NCBI GenBank assembly: GCA_039831705.1
Contig: JBDOMT010000215.1
Location: 7,898-71,897 of the forward strand
DNA length: 64,000 bases
From: Pirellulales bacterium
Lineage (GTDB): Bacteria; Planctomycetota; Planctomycetia; Pirellulales; Lacipirellulaceae
Direction of reading: 5' to 3'
Each line of letters begins with the position of its first letter. The stretch's first letter is position 1. Both the position numbers and the translations under genes were made by a program. The notes beneath the pieces are model-generated. The model was not told the DNA's origin, did no database searches, and was given only the letters and a program-made list of their open reading frames with translations. This document shows positions 57,901 to 64,000 of the stretch, in pieces.

Positions 57901-58609
57901 GACCAATCCCGATACGATCGAGCCAACCCTTCTGCAGTGGACCGAGGAAATCGAACAATTAGATCACCAGCGGCATGCCGGCTCCGAAGCAATCGGCAGC
58001 CAGCGAACCGAACTTGAACGAATGGATGGTAGTGCGCGGGCGGCCGAGGCTCAGGAGGAGGCGGAGCAACTGCTGGCTCAACTTCGCACCGACACTCAGC
58101 AGTACGCGCGTTTCCATCTGGCTAGCACTGTCCTCCAACGGGCCATTGAACAGTATCGCCAACAATCCCAGGGACCCGTTTTGGAACGGGCCAGTCAACT
58201 GTTCTGCGAACTGACCCAGGGATCGTTTGACGGTTTGCGAGTCGAATCCAACGAAAAAGGAGATGCGGCCCTGATGGGCATCCGCGCCGGTGGCGGACGA
58301 GTGGTTGGTGTGGAAGGCATGAGCGAAGGAACGTGCGACCAATTGTATCTGGCACTGCGAATTGCCAGCTTGGAAACCTACCTGGCCGAACACGAACCGG
58401 TGCCCCTGATCGTGGACGACATCTTGATTCAATTTGATGACCAACGAGCAATCGCTGCCCTGCAAATACTGGCGCAGTTATCGGAACGAACCCAAGTCAT
58501 TTTTTTCACCCACCACCAACACCTGGTTCAGCTGGCCAGAGAGAACCTGACCGAAGATAGCTTCCACCTGCACAACCTCGATTCGCACAAGCGGCTTGCG
58601 GGAGAATAA
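54959..58609 (+). CDS. sbcC: SbcC/Rad50-family AAA ATPase (YhaN-like), 1216 aa with a long coiled coil
   Basis: An N-terminal Walker A (IVYGPNEAGKSSAL) is followed by ~900 aa of Q/E/L-rich coiled coil. The C-terminus has MSEGTCDQLYLALRIA and Walker B PLIVDDILIQFDD. Confidence 0.8.
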   Translation: MKILRLDLLAFGPFTDQSLVFDSEQKGLAIVYGPNEAGKSSALRGLHQFLYGIPHNSNDNFLHANPNLRIGALLEKSSSEQLSCIRRKGRVNTLRGADDQTIVEQEQLLEWLGRIDEQAFAHRFGIDYDELVRGGRAIVQGEGDLGQILFASGAGLVDLQPVQQQLATAGQTLFKQRGSVQQINVAVTRLAEVRKTIKAAQLPSAQWVERDQALQQAQTRNEQINQQLLERGVQRSELERIRDALPIIARLRHTRSQYEGVASIPLLPDTFAEIRREAVTQHQITQTAKQQASESAASLEKSIGTLEVPQRLLQHASAIGQLKEELGSYRKAAHDRPRLITQRDQIEREASTILKELGREAAGEKNRGEPLEERDDLRVSKPLRLRIQELAQDRNTLVSKHEQTKQAGKALAQEVQRTQAQLDALPSNCEPDELQRVIRFVGQQGDLERQAATLGSELQLAQEQAAIDLNKLSDWSGSLEALERLPIPVPETVSLWIEQQDTLESALTSLIQREEELRLELAELDQQIEQHRLQQDVPTEEDLEHTRQDRDQGWQYVLRAWQQGLWQQGAPSNDTQKPFIQRWNPEGDLASAYEASVAEADRVADRLRREADQVAEKTARMAQREKQSNRLQRLTKQRQQVEEQQQQLQQQWQLAWQETSIRPLAPREMRDWIDRQSALIEVAESIRRQHTALAELEQRIEQLRASCHQALEKMSPKDSKPTNGEPLPTAVAPSRSELTAPSLSELVDRCERRLLQIQSDLDQRSTIQRDLLKLAEKQDQASHSILDAQERRQDWHQQWGTAVRQLGLDQEASPTEAHSVLESIGEWNEKLAEIETLRDRIKGIDQDAKRFRTAVHSVTKKVGTDLSHDLTQLDVAQAVSDLHDQLAHAQRAQSRHEELQRQLKQAQQQQLQAQAKSVELELTLEALCQEAGCQSPEQLPAIEAQSAERKRLQGELREYESRLLELAAGEELEAWIAHAEKTNPDTIEPTLLQWTEEIEQLDHQRHAGSEAIGSQRTELERMDGSARAAEAQEEAEQLLAQLRTDTQQYARFHLASTVLQRAIEQYRQQSQGPVLERASQLFCELTQGSFDGLRVESNEKGDAALMGIRAGGGRVVGVEGMSEGTCDQLYLALRIASLETYLAEHEPVPLIVDDILIQFDDQRAIAALQILAQLSERTQVIFFTHHQHLVQLARENLTEDSFHLHNLDSHKRLAGE

Positions 58610-58613
58610 TTCA

Positions 58614-59243
58614 ATGCAACGCGGAGCGATCATTCTTTGTGGAGGCACCAATCGCCGCATGGGCACCGACAAAGCCTGGTTGCCCTTTGGCCCAGGCGAA
58701 GTGATGCTCCAGCGTGTGGTGCGGTTGGTTACCCAAGTGGTACCGGTCGAACGTGTCGTCTGTGTGGCGGCCGCCAGGCAACAACTGCCCCCATTGGCCG
58801 AGGGCGTGCGGGTGGTCCAAGATCAGCATCCTCAGCGGGGCCCGTTAGAAGGCCTGGCGGCTGGCCTGACGGCGCTGACGAGTGAGGTGAACGCGACCCT
58901 GGTGACCAGTTGCGATGTGCCCTTACTGGTACCGGCACTGATCGAGCGGTTGTTCTCGTTGCTGGGTGACCACCAAATTGTCGTACCCCAAGACGGCCTT
59001 TTCTTCCATCCGTTGGCTGCTGTTTACCGACTAAGTGTGTTGCCGGAGGTCGTTCAACGGCTGGCAAAAGATCAGTTGCGATTGCACGATCTGCTGGGTG
59101 CTTGCCAAACCTACGCAGTGCCAGTGGCAATGCTGCGTGACATCGACCCGACTTTGGCATCGTTGGCCGGTTGTAACGATCAAGAAGAGTACCAGCAGGC
59201 CTTACTGCAAGCCGGTTTTACTCAGCATGGGGACCCATGTTGA
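58614..59243 (+). CDS. mobA: Molybdenum cofactor guanylyltransferase
   Basis: GAIILCGGTNRRMGTDKAWL, ...QRGPLEGL... and TSCDVPLL match MobA motifs. Confidence 0.85.
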   Translation: MQRGAIILCGGTNRRMGTDKAWLPFGPGEVMLQRVVRLVTQVVPVERVVCVAAARQQLPPLAEGVRVVQDQHPQRGPLEGLAAGLTALTSEVNATLVTSCDVPLLVPALIERLFSLLGDHQIVVPQDGLFFHPLAAVYRLSVLPEVVQRLAKDQLRLHDLLGACQTYAVPVAMLRDIDPTLASLAGCNDQEEYQQALLQAGFTQHGDPC

Positions 59244-59281
59244 TAATTGCGTCGCAACTGCCATCAGGGTAGAATCAGTCC

Positions 59282-59614
59282 ATGACTAAAAAATTTCTAT
59301 TAAATCCCTCCCGTACCGCCAAACAGGGGGCAAAAATCAACGTTGGCAAGGACGATGAAGAATATAAAAAAATTGTCACAACCTTGACGATTTGTACCAC
59401 CGATATGGAGTTATTGGGAGTGTCCGACGGAGATTCCGTAATTGTGCGTACTGAACAAGGAGAAGCCACCTTTCACTGCGAACAAGGCAATGTGCCCGAG
59501 GGACTACTTTTTGTCCCCTATGGGCCTCCCACTTGCCGCTTGATGAGCGGCAGCACCGATGGCACAGGCATGCCGACTTCGAAAGGCTGGGAGGTGGAGG
59601 TGGAGAAAATTTGA
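59282..59614 (+). CDS. fwdD: Formylmethanofuran dehydrogenase subunit D-like (molybdopterin dinucleotide-binding domain)
   Basis: 110 aa. LGVSDGDSVIVRTEQGEATFHCE..NVPEGLLFVPYGP is the beta-barrel MGD-binding domain pattern of FwdD/FmdD. It is clustered with the B, A and C subunits. Confidence 0.75.
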   Translation: MTKKFLLNPSRTAKQGAKINVGKDDEEYKKIVTTLTICTTDMELLGVSDGDSVIVRTEQGEATFHCEQGNVPEGLLFVPYGPPTCRLMSGSTDGTGMPTSKGWEVEVEKI

Positions 59615-59891
59615 GCCCCGAAGGGGTACGCTGTGAAGGAAAATGGAACTGGAATACTAGCACGAAGCGCCAGCGAGTGAGTCTACGATAGCCGCACTTA
59701 CCCACTCCCTTGCGCGTCGTGCTTGTATTATAAAAAAAGTGCACCAAGACATTAGGAAGGGCGAATATCTCCATACTAGCACGCAGCGCAAGCAAGTGGG
59801 TCACGTACAGTTACCCACTTGCTTGCGCTGCGTGCTTGTATTTTAGAAGTTTCAGCCACTTTAATTGCTTCACTGCGTTACCCTTCGGGGT
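59615..59891. repeat. Nested palindromic element: an outer 23-nt inverted repeat enclosing two tandem ~70-80-nt hairpins
   Basis: The outer arms are gccccgaaggggtacgctgtgaag (59615-59638) / cttcactgcgttacccttcggggt (59868-59891). Hairpin 1 is 59653-59729 (aatactagcacgaagcgccagcgagtgagt / acttacccactcccttgcgcgtcgtgcttgtatt). Hairpin 2 is 59773-59841, with 28/29 pairing. Confidence 0.85.
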
Positions 59892-60231
59892 TGATAAAAT
59901 ACACGGGTGTTAATAACCATAGTATCCAACCGTTGAGCGAATGTTCCTATGACAAAAAAAAACAGCGAACCTGCAGCCAACGATAACCTGAGCTCGGGAA
60001 CCAGCGGTCCCCATTTCAAACTTGAGTCCAACTTGGAATCGGAAAATCACCCGGCCGAATCCTATTCGGCATGGGAAGAAGTGGAATCGGGTCGCTACAT
60101 GCCGCGTCGAGTTCGAGGCAGTTGCACGGGTCGGGCACTCGGATGAACCTTCGTAGTTCCGTCCAGTTCGGACGACCCGCAACCAGAGAATGAGACCCCC
60201 GAAAACTGATCCCTAACCCCGCGGCAACGGC

Positions 60232-61575
60232 ATGAGTGAAACAAGTCTGAATGTGGTGAACAATGCCACCTGCACATTCTGTGGATGCGTCTGCGACGAT
60301 ATTGAATTGCATGCAGACGAAGTCCGCATCCACCAGGCCAAACGGGCCTGTGTCCTTGGAAAAGCCTGGTTCCTGAACCACACCGCCGAGCATAAGTACC
60401 CCGATGCACTGGTCGACGGTAAAGAAGCCAGTTTGGACGACGCCATTGAGACGGCCGCCACCCTATTACACGAAGCCCACATGCCGCTGGTCTACGGCAT
60501 GAGCAACACCACCTGTGAAGCGCAAAAAGAATGTGTGGCACTGGCCGACCTGTTGGGAGGATTGCTCGATAGCCATACCTCGTTGTGACATGGTCCTACC
60601 GAGATCGCCGCTCAGTTGGGTGGCAAAGTTACTTGCACGCTGGGTGAAGTCAAAAACCGGGCCGATTTTATCGTCTATTGGGGTGGCAACCCGGCGGAAT
60701 GCCATCCTCGGCATTTCACCAAATACACATTGATGCAAAAGAGCAAACATTTGCCGCGTGGGCGCAAGGACCGAACCATGGTTCTGGTCGACATACGTCC
60801 CACCAAAAGTGCCAAAGCGGCTGATATCTTTTTGCAAGTCCGCCCCGGCAAAGATTTTGAACTACTGACGATTTTGCGCGCCCTGATTAAGGGACAGAGA
60901 ATTCAGGAGCAGCAGGTTGCCGAAACGGGGCTGACTTTGGACCAATTGACCGATCTGGTTGAACGGATGAAGAAAGCTAAATTCGGCGTGATGTTTTTTG
61001 GCATGGGACTGTCGATGACCCGAGGCAAACATATGAATTCGGCAGCCCTGCTGACATTGGCCGCCGAAATGAACGCCTTCACCAAATTTGTAGCCATGCC
61101 GATGCGCGGCCACGGCAACGTCACTGGAGCCGATGTGATCATGCGTTGGCAAACGGGTTATCCGTTTGGGATTACTTTCAATCGGGGTTACCCGCGTTAC
61201 AATCCGGGCGAATTTTCTACCGTCGATGTCCTGGTTCGCGGTGATACCGATGCGGCTTTCATCATCGGTGCGGACCCGGGTGCCACCATGCCACAACCGG
61301 CCATCGATCATCTGGCGAAAATTCCGACCATCGTCCTCGATCCACACATCACCCACACCAGCCGTTTAGCTCGCGTCCATATCACCACAGCACCCGCTGG
61401 CATCGCAGCTCCGGGCACCGCCTACCGAATGGATGAGATACCCTTGCCCTTGAAACCGGCGCTCAAATCGCCCTATCCGAGTGACGAAGAAGTCGTATCC
61501 CGAATCAAAGATGCGGTTGCCAAGAAGCCCTTTTGGATGCCTGAAAATGGTCAAACCGTATTGACACAGTTATAA
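60232..61575 (+). CDS. fwdB: Formylmethanofuran dehydrogenase subunit B-like, with an in-frame TGA (60586-60588) at the catalytic Cys/Sec position (candidate selenoprotein)
   Basis: Track ORFs 60232-60588 and 60616-61575 share one frame, with no stop in 60589-60615. The N-terminus has the CTFCGCVCDD...AC Fe-S motif. TGA is codon 119 in DSHTSL-TGA-HGPT, matching the CHGP active-site motif of FwdB. The total of 447 codons is the size of FwdB. Confidence 0.8.
60607..60624 (+). promoter_or_regulatory. Candidate SECIS-like hairpin gccgctc-agtt-gggtggc downstream of the in-frame TGA
   Basis: A 7-bp stem (5 Watson-Crick pairs and 2 G-U pairs) carries an AGUU loop and starts 18 nt after the UGA. It was folded by eye only. 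An alternative pairing, ccuaccgag/cucaguugg, also exists. Confidence 0.3.
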
Positions 61576-61583
61576 GGACTGAC

Positions 61584-63218
61584 ATGCTTCGTATTACCGG
61601 TGGCAAAGTTTTTGATCCGGCCAACGGCATCGACGGCGAGGTGCGCGACCTGTTCATTGTCGATGGCCAGATCGCATCTTCGGCCGATGGCGCACGGACC
61701 ATCGATGCTTCGGGGATGGTCGTTTTCCCCGGTGGCGTCGATTTGCACACGCATGTGGCTGGCGGATCGATCAACTTTGCCCGCGCGATGACGCCCGAAG
61801 ATCACCGTCGCACCCAGGCTTTCATCAGTACCCGATCGCGTCGTTCAGGATTGGGCGGGATGGCCCCGACGACTTTTGCCACCGGCTATCTGTACGCCGG
61901 CATGGGTTGGACAACGGTCAACGAAGCGGGGGTTGCCCCTCTGACCGCGCGGCACACGCACGAAGAAATGAACGACATTCCCATTGTCGACAAAACCAGT
62001 TGCCTGTTGATGGCCAACAACGAGATCCTGCTCGAACTGCTGGGACAGGGCGAATACGAACGCGCTAAAAATGTCGTGGCCTGGTACCTGCGGGCGGCCA
62101 AAGTGTATGGCATCAAAGCGGTGAATCCGGGGGGCGTCGCGGCCTGGAAATGGGGTAAAGATGCCAAGCAGATGACCAGCTCCATTGAAGGTCATTCCAA
62201 CCTGACTCCCGGCAAAATCGTGACTCAGTTGGTGCGTATCTGTGATGATCTGGGGCTGCCCCATCCAATGCATCTGCATTGCAACAACCTGGGTGTGCCT
62301 GGCAATATCCGTACGACTCTCGAAACCATGGATCATTTGGAAGGCCATCGGGCCCACATCGCCCATTCCCAATTCCATGCTTACGGTGGCAGCGACTGGG
62401 ATGAAATGTGCTCGGAATCGGTTCAGTTGGCTGAGTACTTTAACACTCACCCCAACTTGACCACCGATGCGGGTGCCGTCTTGTTTGGCGATACGGTAAC
62501 GATCTCCGCCGATGGACCCTGGCAGCACCTGCTGTATCAGTTGACCGGTCGCAAATGGGGCAACCTCGACGTCGAGAACGAAACAGGCTGTGGCATTGTC
62601 CCTTACACCTACAGACCGAGCAACCTGGTCAATGTGGTGCAGTGGGCGGTGGGCCTGGAATTATTGCTATTGATCAAAAATCCGTGGCAGGTATTTATTT
62701 CCACCGATCATCCCAATGGCGGTTGTTTCTGGCGCTATCCCGAAATCATTCAATTATTGATGAGTGCCGATCACCGCCAGGAATGTATGCAAAAAATTTC
62801 CTCCAGGATCAAAAAACGAATCACCCTGCCGCAATTGGATCGCGAGTACACGCTCTACGAAATTGCCACGATCATGTCCGCCGCTCCTGCTCGAGCACTC
62901 GGTCTGCCGCAAAAAGGCAACTTGGGCATCGGTTGTGACGCGGATATCGTGATCTACGAGGAGGAGTCGGACGTGGCACACATGTTTGGTCACCCGAGAT
63001 ACGTCATCAAAAGTGGCCAGATTGTGATCGAAGATGGTGACATTCGCGAAACTCCCAATGGGCACGAATTTATCATCAAGCCCGATTACGACCCGACCAC
63101 CGAAGACTTTATTCGCCCCCTGTTTGAAGATCACTACACGATGTCGTTTGACAATTATCAAGTCGGCATGGACTATCTTGAAAACGCGACGACTCGCGAC
63201 TGCCTGGAATCGCCATGA
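61584..63218 (+). CDS. fwdA: Formylmethanofuran dehydrogenase subunit A (amidohydrolase fold; FwdA/FhcA family)
   Basis: MLRITGGKVFDPANGIDGEV.DLFIVDGQI and the metal-binding FPGGVDLHTHVAGG are present. The length is 544 aa. Confidence 0.9.
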   Translation: MLRITGGKVFDPANGIDGEVRDLFIVDGQIASSADGARTIDASGMVVFPGGVDLHTHVAGGSINFARAMTPEDHRRTQAFISTRSRRSGLGGMAPTTFATGYLYAGMGWTTVNEAGVAPLTARHTHEEMNDIPIVDKTSCLLMANNEILLELLGQGEYERAKNVVAWYLRAAKVYGIKAVNPGGVAAWKWGKDAKQMTSSIEGHSNLTPGKIVTQLVRICDDLGLPHPMHLHCNNLGVPGNIRTTLETMDHLEGHRAHIAHSQFHAYGGSDWDEMCSESVQLAEYFNTHPNLTTDAGAVLFGDTVTISADGPWQHLLYQLTGRKWGNLDVENETGCGIVPYTYRPSNLVNVVQWAVGLELLLLIKNPWQVFISTDHPNGGCFWRYPEIIQLLMSADHRQECMQKISSRIKKRITLPQLDREYTLYEIATIMSAAPARALGLPQKGNLGIGCDADIVIYEEESDVAHMFGHPRYVIKSGQIVIEDGDIRETPNGHEFIIKPDYDPTTEDFIRPLFEDHYTMSFDNYQVGMDYLENATTRDCLESP

Positions 63219-64000
63219 GCATGGTTACTCTCAAACTCAAACGACAGCCTCAGGTTCCATTGGAAGCGGAAGTGTTGTCCCCCGATGTTCTCTCAGAGCT
63301 TTCCAACGAACAGATCCGAGCACAAATCGTTTACCACGGCAAAAGGCAATGCGCCTTGGGTGATTTTTTTGAAGTCGAGGGTGAGCGCAGTGAGCACCTT
63401 GAGATCCATGGAGATCTGCATCGAGTCCGATGGCTTGGCCGCGGCATGTCGCGCGGCCGTCTGATTGTCCACGGCTCCGTTGGCATGCACTTGGGTGCAT
63501 ACATGGCGGGCGGTGAAATCGAAGTGCATGGCGACGCCAGTGATTGGATAGGCGCCGAGATGAAAAACGGCCTGATTCGCGTCCATGGAAACGCCGGCGG
63601 CCAGGTAGGGGCCGCTTATCGGGGCAGCCTGTCCGGCATGCGCAATGGAACTATTTTGATCGGTGGCACGGCCGGCCTGGAAGTTGGGATGCGAATGCGC
63701 CGCGGAACCATTGTCATTGCCGGCGCAGCCAAAGATTTTACCGGATTGCAAATGAAGGGCGGCACCATCGTCTTGCTCAGTGGCGCCGAGCTGCGAACTG
63801 GAGCCTGGATGGTCCGAGGAACCATTCTCACACTCAAGTCAGTGGAACTGATGCCAACGTTCTCCTACGACTGCCGCTTCAATCCAGGCTTTGTAGGATT
63901 GGTGGCAAGTTATCTCAAACCCCTGGGCATCGACCTGCCACATGCGGCCGATCAAGGCGCCTACGATCTCTACTCGGGAGACTCTTCAGTACCCGGCAAA
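63215..64000 (+). CDS. fwdC: Formylmethanofuran dehydrogenase subunit C (partial; runs off the 3' end of the window)
   Basis: My own translation from ATG 63215 (an ATGA overlap with the fwdA stop) gives MSMVTLKLKRQP...IHGDLHRV..LGRGMSRGRLIVHGSVGMHLGAYMAGGEIEVHGDASDWIGAEMKNGLIRVHGNAG. This is the glycine-rich beta-helix repeat of FwdC/GltB-C-like proteins. The frame is open to nt 64000. Confidence 0.85.
   Translation, partial: MSMVTLKLKRQPQVPLEAEVLSPDVLSELSNEQIRAQIVYHGKRQCALGDFFEVEGERSEHLEIHGDLHRVRWLGRGMSRGRLIVHGSVGMHLGAYMAGGEIEVHGDASDWIGAEMKNGLIRVHGNAGGQVGAAYRGSLSGMRNGTILIGGTAGLEVGMRMRRGTIVIAGAAKDFTGLQMKGGTIVLLSGAELRTGAWMVRGTILTLKSVELMPTFSYDCRFNPGFVGLVASYLKPLGIDLPHAADQGAYDLYSGDSSVPGK

Noticed and set aside
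59949-60146. 65-aa ORF in the fwdD-fwdB gap (MTKKNSEPAAND...YMPRRVRGSCTGRALG), ending in TGA.
   Set aside because: I recognise no family. The composition is low-complexity, there is no SD sequence, and it is out of frame with fwdB. It could be a leader peptide, but I cannot support it from sequence alone.
60232-61575. Treating 60232-60588 (118 aa) and 60616-61575 (319 aa, TTG start) as two separate genes, or as a truncated pseudogene plus a fragment.
   Set aside because: The two pieces share a frame, there is no intervening stop, the combined size equals FwdB, and the TGA falls on the known Cys/Sec ligand motif. A single Sec-containing CDS explains the data better. The pseudogene option remains the stated refutation test.

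Overview
This 64-kb chromosomal window is densely coding and mostly housekeeping. Its gene content looks Planctomycetota-like: DUF1573, a GldF/GldG-type ABC system with DUF4340, methanofuran-linked C1 genes and Lys-rich DNA-binding tails. That taxonomic call is an inference, because no database search was possible. All family names come from motifs I recognise by eye in the supplied translations.

Gene order:
- infB (3' end), rbfA, an EndoIII-like protein with an H1-like tail, yebC
- a tetraheme cytochrome, DUF1573, DUF4416, proS, a YhaM-like RNase, rnr
- the operon gcvT-gcvH-gcvPA-gcvPB-lipoate ligase
- FHA protein, small/hypothetical genes, TPR lipoprotein, GT1 glycosyltransferase
- a minus-strand ABC ATPase / fused GldFG permease / DUF4340 operon, then nadB
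- a 1251-aa membrane protein with a huge acidic low-complexity region
- lpxK, BON protein, cysC, acyl-CoA dehydrogenase, glgP, metF, Ser/Thr kinase
- an AddB-like/AddA-like helicase-nuclease pair, a phd/doc toxin-antitoxin module, a frameshifted DUF2585 gene, an SbcD/SbcC(YhaO/YhaN)-like pair
- mobA and a formylmethanofuran dehydrogenase-like cluster fwdD-fwdB-fwdA-fwdC, which runs off the 3' end

I found no rRNA, tRNA, CRISPR array, transposase or integrase.

Main second-look items:
1. The fwdB-like gene is a single reading frame interrupted only by a TGA at the catalytic Cys/Sec position. A candidate SECIS hairpin lies downstream and mobA lies next door, so this is a candidate bacterial selenocysteine Fwd/Fmd enzyme.
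2. A perfect (CCACTTT)x14 heptanucleotide array ends 11 nt before the sbcD-like start codon. It belongs to a window-wide set of degenerate 7-nt-period repeats sitting at gene boundaries.
3. At least five families of REP/MITE-like palindromic repeats occupy the intergenic regions. Two of them sit inside the addB/addA and fwdD/fwdB intercistronic gaps.
4. A DUF2585 gene is broken at a T7 run that is also a U_UUU_UUC -1 slippery heptamer.
5. The phd/doc module has a near-consensus sigma70 promoter overlapped by a palindromic operator.

Coordinates of alternative starts and of repeats were derived by hand and may be off by a few nt.
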